DNA of 64,000 nucleotides from an uncultured Rikenellaceae bacterium (GCA_964599235.1 CAZRDX010000052.1:7235-71234), one strand, 5' to 3'; counted from the stretch's first letter, positions 25,399 to 35,605 are shown. Translations and numbers: made by a program. The notes: a model not told the origin generated them from the letters alone.

Positions 25399-27311
25399 AA
25401 AAAGGCTGTTTACTCTCTTTCCTTTTCCTTTCCGCAGGTCTCCTTTCCGCCCAGCATCCTGATGATATCCGGCTTCCTTACAATCATCCGGGTCTTATCG
25501 TCGATCTGGGGGTAGGGCTGTGGGGCAATCCGGTGCCTGTCGACTGGGACGGCGACGGTGACAACGACCTGCTGGTGACCGGTCGTGACAAGCCCTCCCG
25601 CGGAATGTACTATTTCGAGAACCTTGGCAACGGCACCTTCTCCGCAGGGCGACGCATCGCCGACGGCTTGCGTAACCTCACCGTCTCATGGATCGACGGG
25701 GAGATGGTACTGTGCACGCCGGGCGTGATGTACCGCCATTTCCGGAAAGATCTCTTCAGCCGTCCGGAGAAGATCCCGTACAAGCAGGAGTTTTACAGCG
25801 GGCGTACCAACCAGTGGAAGCTGGCCGACTACGACGGCGACGGCGTATATGACCTGCTCATCGGCGCCAGCGACTGGCGCGAGTACGGCTGGGACGATGC
25901 CTACAACGCTCAGGGAGAGTGGACGAACGGTCCCTTGCACGGGTACGTCTATTGGGTGAAGAACCTGGGCACCAATGAAAAACCCAGATACGGCCACGCC
26001 GAACACCTCATGGCCGCCGGCCGGCCGGTGGATGTCTACGGTAAGCCCTCGCCCAACCTGGTCGACTGGGACGGCGACGGCGATCTGGACCTGCTCTGCG
26101 GCGAGTTCCTCGACCGCATCACCCTCTTCGAGAACACCGGCACACGCACATCCCCCCGCTATGCGGCAGGTCGTTTTCTGAAGGTGAACGGCCGGGTCCT
26201 CCATCTCGAACTGGAGATGCCCGAGGTGGTGGTCTACGACTGGGACAGTGACAGCGACCCCGACATCGTCGTCGGCATGGAGGACGGTCGTGTCCTGCTG
26301 GTGGAGAACACCGGCCCGGATGACCGGGGCATGCCTCTCCTGGCTCCGCCCGTCTATTTCCGTCAGCAGGCACGCTGGGTGATGTGCGGCGCTCTCTCCA
26401 CCCCCTGTGCGGTCGACTGGGACGGCGACGGCGACCAGGACCTCATCTCCGGGAACACTGCAGGTTTTCTGGAGTTCTTTGAGAACCTGGGCGGCGGCGC
26501 CACGCCCCGCTGGGCGGCCCCCGTCCGTCTCACCGCCGGCGACACCGTCTTCCGCACCATGGCCGGCAACAACCTCTCCATCCAGGGTCCTGCAGAAGCC
26601 AAGTGGGGCTATACCGTCCCCTATGTGGCCGACTGGAACATGGACGGCCTGCCCGATATCATCATCAACGACATCACCGGCAGGATACGCTGGTTGCCCA
26701 ACACCGGCACACGCCACCGGCCTCGTCTCGACACTGCCCGCCCCGTGAAGGTCGACTGGCAGGGCACCCCACCCAAGCCGGCATGGAACTGGTGGAACCC
26801 CGCCCCCACCGAGCTGGTGGTGCAGTGGCGCACACGACCCGTGGTGCTCGACCTCAACCACGACGGCCTCAACGACCTGATCATCCTCGACCATGAAGGA
26901 TACCTGGCCTACTTCGAAAGGAAAAGATCCGACGACGAACTGCTGCTGCGCCCCGGCCGGCGAATCTTCCTCGACGAACGAGGCAATCCCCTGCGACTCA
27001 ACGACGGCACGGCCGGCCACAGCGGCCGCCGTAAGATCGACCTGGTCGACTGGGACGGCGACGGCGACCTCGACCTGCTGGTCAACACGGTCAACACCGC
27101 CCTCTACCGCAACACCGGCGAATACCGCTTCCGTTTTATAGGCAACCTCTCCGGTGCCGTCCTGGGAGGCCACAGCACCTGCCCCACCACCGTCGACTGG
27201 AACGGCGACGGCATCCCCGACCTGCTCACCGGCGCCGAAGACGGCTTCTTCTACTACCTCCCCCGCCACAGCTGGAAAGAGATGCAAAAAGGTGTGAAAA
27301 CAAAAAAGTGA
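25395..27311 (+). CDS. FG-GAP/VCBS repeat beta-propeller protein (tandem paralog 1)
   Basis: ORF 25173-27311 trimmed to ATG 25395 (ATGA overlap with the GH31 stop; signal MKKGCLLSFLFLSAGLLSAQ). Nine Ca-binding-type motifs such as VDWDGDGDNDLL, ADYDGDGVYDLL, VDWDGDGDLDLL (twice), VDWDGDGDQDLI and VDWNGDGIPDLL. Confidence 0.8.
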   Translation: MKKGCLLSFLFLSAGLLSAQHPDDIRLPYNHPGLIVDLGVGLWGNPVPVDWDGDGDNDLLVTGRDKPSRGMYYFENLGNGTFSAGRRIADGLRNLTVSWIDGEMVLCTPGVMYRHFRKDLFSRPEKIPYKQEFYSGRTNQWKLADYDGDGVYDLLIGASDWREYGWDDAYNAQGEWTNGPLHGYVYWVKNLGTNEKPRYGHAEHLMAAGRPVDVYGKPSPNLVDWDGDGDLDLLCGEFLDRITLFENTGTRTSPRYAAGRFLKVNGRVLHLELEMPEVVVYDWDSDSDPDIVVGMEDGRVLLVENTGPDDRGMPLLAPPVYFRQQARWVMCGALSTPCAVDWDGDGDQDLISGNTAGFLEFFENLGGGATPRWAAPVRLTAGDTVFRTMAGNNLSIQGPAEAKWGYTVPYVADWNMDGLPDIIINDITGRIRWLPNTGTRHRPRLDTARPVKVDWQGTPPKPAWNWWNPAPTELVVQWRTRPVVLDLNHDGLNDLIILDHEGYLAYFERKRSDDELLLRPGRRIFLDERGNPLRLNDGTAGHSGRRKIDLVDWDGDGDLDLLVNTVNTALYRNTGEYRFRFIGNLSGAVLGGHSTCPTTVDWNGDGIPDLLTGAEDGFFYYLPRHSWKEMQKGVKTKK

Positions 27312-29308
27312 CCCTCATGCTGCGTATTCTCCCCACCTTGCTGCTATCATCCTCCCTGCTGCTCCTCTCCTGCAGCAGGAAGGAAAAATCCACCTGTTAC
27401 AACCCTTATCTTCGCGGTCCTGCCAAACTGGAATATCAGCACCCGGGACTGGTCGTCGACCTCGATGTAGGGTTCAAGGCCGATCCTATGCCCATGGACT
27501 TTGACGGCGACGGCGACCTCGACCTCCTCGTCTCGGAGTCCGGTGCCTATACCGAGGCGGGTGTCTACTATTTCGAGAACATCACAGGGCCGGTGACCAT
27601 GCCTCTCTTCCGTTACCATGGACGTATCTCCAGCGAGCGTTTCCGTCTGGGTTACGACGGCATGTGTTTCGAGGTCTCCTTCGTCCACGGACACACCCAT
27701 GTGCTCACACCCGACCGGGTCAACCAGCAACTGCTCATTTACCGCGATGTGCCGCAGAACGTCTTCTGGGACCGTCGGGAGATGCCCCTCCCCGCCACAG
27801 GATGGGTGAAAGGCACGAAATACAACTCGTGGAAGATGCTTGACTTCGATCACGACGGCCGCCTGGATCTCCTCTGCGGTCTCTCCACACGAGGGGGACG
27901 CAGCACGCTGCTTTTTTTCCGCAATACGGCGAACGACACCCTGCCGCACTACGCACCTCCGCAGATCCTCCTCTCGCACGAACAGCTGCCGGACGAGATG
28001 AAAGACCTCAAGATGGAGACGGCCCTGGCCGACTTCGATGGCGACGGTGATATCGATTTTGTGGCTGTCGATCATTTTGCACGTTTTGTCTATTTCGAGA
28101 ACCGCGGCACCCCGTCACAGGCCCGTTTTGCCGGTCCGCACTATCTGACCAATGACAGCCTGCCCCTGCAGATGGTTTCCCATTACGGCGGGGCCACCAA
28201 GATAACCGCTCTCGACTGGGACGGCGATGGTCATCCCGACCTGCTGGCCGGCGACGAGGACGGCAAGGTCTCGCTTCTTCTTTTGCGGGGAACAGACGAG
28301 AACGGCCTCCCTCGTTTCGATCCGCCCCGTTTTTTTCGTCAGGAGGCCCTTTATGTCGATCTGGGTGCACTCACGGCGCCGCGGGTATACGACTGGGATC
28401 ATGATGGCCGCGACGATCTCCTCTGCGGCAATGGTCTGGGGAGCATCGTCTTCCTGCGCAACCTGGGCGGCTATCCTCCGCGATGGGACGCTCCCGTGCT
28501 GCTGCAAGCCGGCGGCCACACCATCAACCTGCGTCCTCCCTCCGCCAACTGGGGCTATACCACCCTCGATGTAGGGTTATGGGACGAGGATGACCTGCCC
28601 GACCTTCTCGTCAACAACCATGATGGCAAGGTGGTATGGTTCCGCAATAAGGGGTCGCAGGCTCATCCCGTGCTGGAGGCCGCACAGCCGGTGAAAGTGG
28701 ACTGGCACGGTCAGCCGCAGCGTCCCCCCTGGGTGCCCGGCCACGGTGCTCCCGACGACCTCATCGCCCCCTGGCGCACCTCCCCCCTCATTTACGACTT
28801 CAACGACGACGGCTTCAACGATCTCGTCATGCTCGATGCCCACGGCTACCTGGCCGTCTACCTCAGGAAAAAGAAAGCCGACGGCACACTCATCCTCACC
28901 CCTCCCCGGCGCAGCTTCGTTGACACGGCAGGTCATCCCATCCTGCTCAACCAACGCACCGGCTCCAGCTCCGGCAGGCTCAAGATCGACCTGGACGACT
29001 GGGACGGCGACGGCCTGGATGACCTGATCGTCTCGTCCAAACCCGCCGTCGACTGGTTCAAGGGCCAGGGCATCCGTCACGGCATGATGACCCTCGTCTA
29101 CATGGGCCGTATTATCTCCCGCACCCTCATGGGACATACCGACGGCCCCGTCACCTGCGACTGGAACCACGACCATATCCCCGACCTGCTGGTAGGCACC
29201 GAAACGGGCGCTTTCTGGTACTGGCAGAGGGAAAACATAAAAGTGACTACCACCATGACTACCACCGGACCGCAACGACCGGCAGCTTACCCCTATTTCA
29301 AAAGATAA
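27308..29308 (+). CDS. FG-GAP/VCBS repeat beta-propeller lipoprotein (tandem paralog 2)
   Basis: 666-aa ORF with GTG 27308 overlapping the previous TGA (alternative ATG at 27317). Lipobox LLLLSC. Nine motifs such as MDFDGDGDLDLL, ADFDGDGDIDFV, LDWDGDGHPDLL and DDWDGDGLDDLI. Collinear with paralog 1 (YQHPGLVVDLDVG vs YNHPGLIVDLGVG; YYFEN in both). Confidence 0.8.
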   Translation: MTLMLRILPTLLLSSSLLLLSCSRKEKSTCYNPYLRGPAKLEYQHPGLVVDLDVGFKADPMPMDFDGDGDLDLLVSESGAYTEAGVYYFENITGPVTMPLFRYHGRISSERFRLGYDGMCFEVSFVHGHTHVLTPDRVNQQLLIYRDVPQNVFWDRREMPLPATGWVKGTKYNSWKMLDFDHDGRLDLLCGLSTRGGRSTLLFFRNTANDTLPHYAPPQILLSHEQLPDEMKDLKMETALADFDGDGDIDFVAVDHFARFVYFENRGTPSQARFAGPHYLTNDSLPLQMVSHYGGATKITALDWDGDGHPDLLAGDEDGKVSLLLLRGTDENGLPRFDPPRFFRQEALYVDLGALTAPRVYDWDHDGRDDLLCGNGLGSIVFLRNLGGYPPRWDAPVLLQAGGHTINLRPPSANWGYTTLDVGLWDEDDLPDLLVNNHDGKVVWFRNKGSQAHPVLEAAQPVKVDWHGQPQRPPWVPGHGAPDDLIAPWRTSPLIYDFNDDGFNDLVMLDAHGYLAVYLRKKKADGTLILTPPRRSFVDTAGHPILLNQRTGSSSGRLKIDLDDWDGDGLDDLIVSSKPAVDWFKGQGIRHGMMTLVYMGRIISRTLMGHTDGPVTCDWNHDHIPDLLVGTETGAFWYWQRENIKVTTTMTTTGPQRPAAYPYFKR

Positions 29309-29345
29309 CATCCCCTGTGTCATAACTCCCAAAAACAACCGACCC

Positions 29346-32111
29346 ATGTCACGAACCCTTCTTTCTCTCTTTCTTCTGCTCCTGCTGCTTCCTCTTCCGG
29401 CACAGGAGACCGAGCTCCTTTACCTTTCGGGGCAGGATGCGGCCAACCCGTTGGAGTGGGAGTTCATGGTCGACGGCGGTCGACGGGCCGGCCGCTGGGA
29501 TCATATCCCCGTCCCTTCCTGCTGGGAGTTGCAGGGCTACGGCACCTACAACTACGGCAAAGACAAGATCAAAGCCTCCGAGACGGGGCATTACCGCACC
29601 CGCTTCATGATCCCCCCACGATGGAGATCACGACGTATCTTCTTGGTCTTCGGCGGAGTGATGACCGACACCGAGGTGAAGGTCAACGGACACAGCGCGG
29701 GCCCGGTGCATCAGGGTGGATTTTACCGTTTCCGTTACGACATCACCCCTCTGGTGCATCCGTACGATACCAACCTTCTGGAGGTGACGGTGCACAAGAT
29801 GTCGTCCAACGAGCGCATCAATCTCGCTGAGCGCCGCAGCGACTACTGGATCTTCGGCGGCATCTACCGTCCCGTATGGCTCGAGGCCGTGCCCCCCGAA
29901 CACATCACCTGGAACGCCGTCGACGGGCGGGCCGACGGCACCCTCCGGCTGGCCGTACATGTCGAAGGGCTTACAGACAACGCCGAGGTGCAGGTACAGG
30001 TGTACGACCTCGCAGGAAAAGTAATGGGCAGCCTCTCCCCGCAACGCATCAGGAAAAAGGATACTGTCGTCATCCTCACGGGAAAGATAGATGAGGTGCA
30101 CCCCTGGAGTGCGGAGGATCCTGTTCTTTATTATGCTGATGTCTCCCTCCTCAGGAAAGGACGACGATTGCATACCGTAAGGGAGCGTTTCGGTTTTCGG
30201 ACCTTTGAGGTGATACCCGGCGAAGGGCTTTTCCTCAACGGACACCGTATTGTCCTGAAAGGATGCAACCGGCACAGCTTCCGTCCCGCCACGGGGCGTG
30301 CCCTCAGCCGGAACGACTGCCGCGACGACGTGCGCCTGATCAAAGAGATGAACATGAACGCCGTACGTATGTCGCACTATCCTCCCGATCCCTGGTTCCT
30401 CGATTTTTGCGACGAGGAAGGTCTTTATGTCCTTGATGAGCTGGCCGGATGGCAGAAACCACCCTACGACACCCCCACAGGCCAAAGACTGGTGAAAGAG
30501 ATGGTGACACGCGATCTCAACCACCCCTCCATCCTGTTCTGGGACAATGGTAACGAGGGAGGATGGAACACCGCCCTTGACGACGAGTTCGCCAGGTACG
30601 ATCTGCAGCAACGCCCTGTCCTCCACCCCTGGGCTTTTTTCGGAGGCATCGACACCGACCATTACGAAAGCTACGAGAGTGTGGAGAAAAAACTGGCCTC
30701 CGGCCGCATCTTCATGCCCACAGAGCATCTTCACGGTCTCTACGACGGTGGTCTGGGAGCAGGGCTGGACGACTTCTGGCGCCTGATGTGGGGCCATCCT
30801 CTCACCGGGGGGATGTTCCTCTGGGTCTTTGCCGACGAGGGGGTGGTCCGTACCGACCGTCACTGCACCCTCGACGTCGACGGCAACCACGCCCCCGACG
30901 GCATCCTGGGACCGCATCACGAGAAAGAAGCAAGCTTCTTCACCATCCGCGAGATATGGTCGCCGGTGTACATCGAGACGGGCGACACGGTACCGGACAA
31001 CTTTCCTCTCAGCATCCCGGTGGAGAACAGGTACGATCATCTCAACCTGCGTCGCTGCACTTTCTCCTGGCAGCTGGTACGGTGGCCCGCTCCCGGCGAT
31101 GCTGTCAGCGCCGTGACGGTGCTGTCTTCAGGGACGATGGCCGGCCCCAATGTACCCCCGCACCGCCGGGGGTGGCTTCATCCCCCGCTCCCCCCGACAG
31201 CCTTGCGGGAAGCCGAGGGCTTCCTCCTCACCGCCCGCGACCCTGAGGGACGCCCGCTCTTCACCTGGTCGTGGCCCCTCCGTAACAACGCCGCACTCAT
31301 CACCCCCTTCCTGCCGGGACGGGGAAAGGAGCCCGCCTCCTTGCCCGGCGACACATCCTGGATCATCCGTTCAGGCAACTACACTTTTTACTTCGACAGA
31401 AAAGAAGGCACCCTGCAGGAGGTACGCCAGGGCAGCCACCGTATCCCTTTTGGCGGGGGCCCCTTCATCGTCCCCGCACGCAAGGCCCGGCCCCGCATCA
31501 TGCCCCACACCCGTCTCGTCAGGAACGACACCGCCCTCATCCTCATCACCGAGCATCATCCTTTTTTCCGTACGCTGCGATGGACCATCCTCCCCGACGG
31601 ATGGCTGCGTCTGGACTATGCCTTCCCCTACGACGGGGAGGTCGACAACCTGGGCATCAGCTTCCTCTATCCCGAAGAGAGGGTCAGAGGCATGAAATGG
31701 CAAGGCAAAGGACCCTACCGTGTCTGGAAGAACCGCCTCAAAGGTGCTACCTACGGCGTGTGGCAGAACGACTACAACAGCTTCGCCCCGGCCACCGCAT
31801 GGGACTATCCCGAGTTCCCCGGCTACTATGCTGATCTTACGTGGGTGGTGCTCGACACCGACGACGGGCCTGTCACCCTCCTTACGCCCGATGATCACCG
31901 TTTCCTGCGTCTCTACCGTCAGCCCGAAGGGTACGAACCGCGGCATGCCCGCATGATCTGGCCGGAAGGGGATATCTCCCTGTTGCATGCCATCCCACCC
32001 ATCGGCACCAAGTTCCATGACCCTGCCGATCTGGGTCCCTCGGGACAAAAGAACCGGGTGACCGGCCTCCACCGCGGCACCCTTTACTTTCATTTCGGTG
32101 CACTGCCATGA
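29346..32111 (+). CDS. GH2 family glycoside hydrolase (beta-galactosidase/beta-glucuronidase-like)
   Basis: 921-aa ORF with a signal peptide. GH2 motifs SDYWIFGGIYRPVWLEAVP, NGHRIVLKGCNRHSF, NMNAVRMSHYPPDPWFLDFCDEEGLYVLDE and HPSILFWDNGNEGG. Confidence 0.9.
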   Translation: MSRTLLSLFLLLLLLPLPAQETELLYLSGQDAANPLEWEFMVDGGRRAGRWDHIPVPSCWELQGYGTYNYGKDKIKASETGHYRTRFMIPPRWRSRRIFLVFGGVMTDTEVKVNGHSAGPVHQGGFYRFRYDITPLVHPYDTNLLEVTVHKMSSNERINLAERRSDYWIFGGIYRPVWLEAVPPEHITWNAVDGRADGTLRLAVHVEGLTDNAEVQVQVYDLAGKVMGSLSPQRIRKKDTVVILTGKIDEVHPWSAEDPVLYYADVSLLRKGRRLHTVRERFGFRTFEVIPGEGLFLNGHRIVLKGCNRHSFRPATGRALSRNDCRDDVRLIKEMNMNAVRMSHYPPDPWFLDFCDEEGLYVLDELAGWQKPPYDTPTGQRLVKEMVTRDLNHPSILFWDNGNEGGWNTALDDEFARYDLQQRPVLHPWAFFGGIDTDHYESYESVEKKLASGRIFMPTEHLHGLYDGGLGAGLDDFWRLMWGHPLTGGMFLWVFADEGVVRTDRHCTLDVDGNHAPDGILGPHHEKEASFFTIREIWSPVYIETGDTVPDNFPLSIPVENRYDHLNLRRCTFSWQLVRWPAPGDAVSAVTVLSSGTMAGPNVPPHRRGWLHPPLPPTALREAEGFLLTARDPEGRPLFTWSWPLRNNAALITPFLPGRGKEPASLPGDTSWIIRSGNYTFYFDRKEGTLQEVRQGSHRIPFGGGPFIVPARKARPRIMPHTRLVRNDTALILITEHHPFFRTLRWTILPDGWLRLDYAFPYDGEVDNLGISFLYPEERVRGMKWQGKGPYRVWKNRLKGATYGVWQNDYNSFAPATAWDYPEFPGYYADLTWVVLDTDDGPVTLLTPDDHRFLRLYRQPEGYEPRHARMIWPEGDISLLHAIPPIGTKFHDPADLGPSGQKNRVTGLHRGTLYFHFGALP

Positions 32112-32149
32112 TCCGGCTCATTCATCCTCAACAACCTTAACCTGCTGCC

Positions 32150-35100
32150 ATGAAACGATCCGCTCTGCTCTTCGTCGTCCTGTTCCCGCTGCTCTCACTT
32201 TCCTGTCACCGTCGGGCCTCGCTCACCCCATTCGATCTGCGATGTGAGTATGTCACCGACCCGACAGGCCTGGATGTCTCGGTTCTCCGTCCCCGTCTCT
32301 CCTGGCGGCTGCCCGGAGATGTGCCTGGTCAGCGTCAGACGGCCTGGCAGGTGCTGGCCGCCTCGTCGCCCGGGCTGCTGGATCCCGACCATGCCGACCT
32401 GTGGAACAGCGGCACGGTGGTCTCCGGCCAGTCTGTCCAGGTGGTTTATGGAGGGCGGTCTTTGCGTCCCCGTCAGGAGGTATGGTGGAAGGTACGTATC
32501 TGGGACCGGCACGGACGGGTGTCGGCCTGGAGCGACGCCGCCCGCTGGGAGACGGGGATCCACCCCTCCCGGTGGCAGGCTGCGTGGATCGGCTCGCCGG
32601 TGATGCCTCCCCGCAAACCGGGCGGTCCCAACCCGGCCTACCACTTCCGCAAGACCTTCTCCCTCACCTCCCCGCCCCGCAAAGGACGGGCCTATATCAG
32701 CGGGCTCGGCTATCATGAGTTGTACATCAATGGCCACAGGGTGGGCGACCACGTCCTCTCCCCCCACCAGTCCAACTACACCTACCGCGACACCGGCAGG
32801 TTTCCTTTCAAAGAGGTACGGCACATGTCCTACCGTGTCTATTATGAGACTTACGACATCACCCCCTACCTGCAGGAAGGAAGGAACAGCGTGGGGGTGC
32901 TTCTTGGCAATGGCTGGTTCTTCCAGCATGAACGCGACGAGGACACGATCTACAACTACGGTCTTCCCCGTCTCATCATACGTCTGGAGATGGCCGGCGA
33001 CGAAGACACACTGGTGGTGGTGAGCGACACCACCTGGCGCACCGCCACCGGCCCCATCCTCCACAACGGCATCTATACGGGAGAGATCTACGATGCACGT
33101 CGCGAACTCAGGGGATGGACCATGCCGGACTACGACGACCGATCCTGGCCGGCGGCGGTACAGCGTGCCGCCCCCCTCGGTCCTCTCATGGGGCAGATCG
33201 CCCCGGCCGACCGGCGTATCCGCGAGATCATCCCCGTACGTCGTGAACGTCTCGACGACACCACGTGGCGGTACGACCTCGGTGAGATGATCTCGGGATG
33301 GGTACGGCTGCAGGTAAAGGGCCCACGCGGCCTGCCCGTCACCCTGAAGTTCCTCGAAGAACAGGGACCCCAGTACGGCCAGACCGACATCTATATCCTG
33401 CGGGGCGACAGTCTCGAGACGTGGGAACCCCGTTTCACCTGGCACGCTTTCCGCCGGGTGATCGTCACCACACCCCGGCCTCCCGACACGCTCCGGATCA
33501 CCGGCATCGTCGTGAACACCGACGTGCCGGTCACCGGCCGCTTCGAATGTTCCAACGGTCTTCTCACCCGTCTCAATGACAACTTCATCCGTACCCAACA
33601 GGGCAACATGCACGGAGGAGTGACCAGCGACTGTCCCCACCGTGAACGACGGGGCTATACCGGCGACGGTCAGATAGCCGCCCGGGCTGCCATCTACAAC
33701 TTCGACATGGCTGCCTTTTACACCAAATGGATCGGCGACATGGCCGACGGTCAGAACCGCGAGACCGGCTTCGTGCCCTATACCGTCCCCTTCGAAGGGG
33801 GCTGGGGCGGCACCCCGTGGGGCTCGGCTTACATCATCATCCCCTGGTACATGTACCTCTACTACGGCGACACCACCATCGTCCGCCGGCACTGGCAGGG
33901 GATGGTGAAGTACATCGACTACCTGGAAAACCGCTTGGTGCCCCCCGGCATCGTCGACGAACAGCTGCTGGGCGAGTGGGTGCCTCCCCAGCCCGAACAG
34001 ATACCCAAAGACCTCGTAAGTACCGCCTACTTCCACCACGACCTGCAGATCATGGAACATCTTGCGCACGTGCTGGAAAAAGAGTCAGAAGCCGACCGGT
34101 TCCGGGCCCTGGCACACCGTGTGAAGGAAGGATTCAACAAGCAGTGGTTCCACAAGGAGGAGATGTCCTATTCCATAGGCCGTCAGGGGGCCAATGTCTT
34201 TGCCCTGGGCTTCGACCTGGTTCCCCGCCGCTACACAGGGGATGTTTTCCGGACGCTCGTCGATCATCTTATCAACGATACCGAAGGACACTTCGACACC
34301 GGCATGATGGGTACGCCTTTGCTGTTGCAGGTGCTGGCGAAGTATGGTCGCAACGAACTGGCCTATACTCTGATGAACCAGACCGACTACCCCTCTTTCG
34401 GGCTGGAGATGCTCAAAGGCTCCACCACCTTGTGGGAAACATGGGACGGCACCCTTTCTCACAGCCATCCCATGTTCGGCAGTGTATGTGAGTGGCTGTA
34501 CAACAGCCTGGCAGGTATCCGCCCCGACCCTGCCGCCCCGGGGTTCCGACATATCCTCATCCACCCCCTGCCTGTGTCAGACCTGCAGCATGTCACGGCC
34601 ACCCATCTCACCCCTTACGGGCCGGTCACCTCTTCCTGGAGACAGGAGGGCGACGACCTGGTGCTGGAGGTGACGGTGCCGCCCAACACCACTGCCGCCG
34701 TCTCGATCCCCGCCACCGACGAGGGGAGTGTCACGGCCCGGGGGGTCTATGGTCAGCCGGGTGTGGGCGTCCATGCCGTCGGCTATGAAAAGGGGCGTAT
34801 GCTCTTTGAGACCTGTGCGGGAGAATACCGTTTTGTCTCGCACGGTGCGGCGGCGCTCCTGCCCCGTTCGTTGCCCACGGCACCGGTGGTGATGCCCCGC
34901 GACACGCTCTCATGGTCGGGCGACACTCTCCGGGTGACCATGGCCACCCCCCATGCCGGAGCCGTCATACGTTTCACCCTCGACGGCACGCTCCCCGACA
35001 CCACCTCCTCCCTCTACGGACAACCCCTGCTGATCACCCGCGACACCCGCGTGAAAGCGCGTATCTTCCTCCCCGACGGCACGGCCGGACCTGTGGCCCA

Positions 35101-35578
35101 CCGTGACTACACTTTCCTGCGCCGGGGTATCCATGGCCTGCATTATGCTTATTACGCCGGTCTCTGGCAGCAGGTGCCCGACTTCACGCGCCTGCATCCC
35201 TCAGCCCGCGGCACCCTGCCCGCCCTCTGTCTGGACAGCCTGCCCCACAACAAAGACCGTTTCGCCCTGCGTCTGACCTCATGGCTGCGCGTACCCGTAA
35301 CGGGGACCTACACGATCTACCTCATCTCCAACGACGGCAGCCGTCTCTACCTCGACGGCCGGGAGCTCATCGTCAACGACGGCCCCCACGGGGCCCGCGA
35401 ACGTTCAGCCACCACCCACCTCACACAGGGCATCCACCAGCTGACCATCGGCTATATGCAGGTGGGCGGAGGCTACTACCTCGCCCTGGAATGGAAAGGC
35501 CCGGGAAGAAAAAGGGAAAAAATACCGCCATCGCTCTTTTTCCTCGACGAAGAACAGGCAAAAAAAGCTGGAAAGTGA
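32150..35578 (+). CDS. GH78 alpha-L-rhamnosidase lipoprotein with C-terminal CHB_HEX_C-like plus PA14 cassette
   Basis: 1142-aa ORF with lipobox LLSLSC. Rhamnosidase N-terminal motif LRCEYVTDPTGLD...PRLSWRL. Catalytic-domain motif DCPHRERRGYTGDG. C-terminal AVIRFTLDG and LTSWLRVPVTGTYTIYLISNDGSRLYLDG. Confidence 0.9.
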   Translation: MKRSALLFVVLFPLLSLSCHRRASLTPFDLRCEYVTDPTGLDVSVLRPRLSWRLPGDVPGQRQTAWQVLAASSPGLLDPDHADLWNSGTVVSGQSVQVVYGGRSLRPRQEVWWKVRIWDRHGRVSAWSDAARWETGIHPSRWQAAWIGSPVMPPRKPGGPNPAYHFRKTFSLTSPPRKGRAYISGLGYHELYINGHRVGDHVLSPHQSNYTYRDTGRFPFKEVRHMSYRVYYETYDITPYLQEGRNSVGVLLGNGWFFQHERDEDTIYNYGLPRLIIRLEMAGDEDTLVVVSDTTWRTATGPILHNGIYTGEIYDARRELRGWTMPDYDDRSWPAAVQRAAPLGPLMGQIAPADRRIREIIPVRRERLDDTTWRYDLGEMISGWVRLQVKGPRGLPVTLKFLEEQGPQYGQTDIYILRGDSLETWEPRFTWHAFRRVIVTTPRPPDTLRITGIVVNTDVPVTGRFECSNGLLTRLNDNFIRTQQGNMHGGVTSDCPHRERRGYTGDGQIAARAAIYNFDMAAFYTKWIGDMADGQNRETGFVPYTVPFEGGWGGTPWGSAYIIIPWYMYLYYGDTTIVRRHWQGMVKYIDYLENRLVPPGIVDEQLLGEWVPPQPEQIPKDLVSTAYFHHDLQIMEHLAHVLEKESEADRFRALAHRVKEGFNKQWFHKEEMSYSIGRQGANVFALGFDLVPRRYTGDVFRTLVDHLINDTEGHFDTGMMGTPLLLQVLAKYGRNELAYTLMNQTDYPSFGLEMLKGSTTLWETWDGTLSHSHPMFGSVCEWLYNSLAGIRPDPAAPGFRHILIHPLPVSDLQHVTATHLTPYGPVTSSWRQEGDDLVLEVTVPPNTTAAVSIPATDEGSVTARGVYGQPGVGVHAVGYEKGRMLFETCAGEYRFVSHGAAALLPRSLPTAPVVMPRDTLSWSGDTLRVTMATPHAGAVIRFTLDGTLPDTTSSLYGQPLLITRDTRVKARIFLPDGTAGPVAHRDYTFLRRGIHGLHYAYYAGLWQQVPDFTRLHPSARGTLPALCLDSLPHNKDRFALRLTSWLRVPVTGTYTIYLISNDGSRLYLDGRELIVNDGPHGARERSATTHLTQGIHQLTIGYMQVGGGYYLALEWKGPGRKREKIPPSLFFLDEEQAKKAGK

Positions 35579-35605
35579 ACATTCACGAAAGGATAGGCAA
35601 AAAAG

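Noticed and set aside
25541-29030. Recurrent near-identical 20-nt strings (GTCGACTGGGACGGCGACGG and variants) that might be REP-like or recombination repeats.
   Set aside because: All copies are in frame within the two FG-GAP genes and encode the conserved VDWDGDG calcium-binding motif. This is codon-level conservation of a protein repeat, not an independent DNA element.
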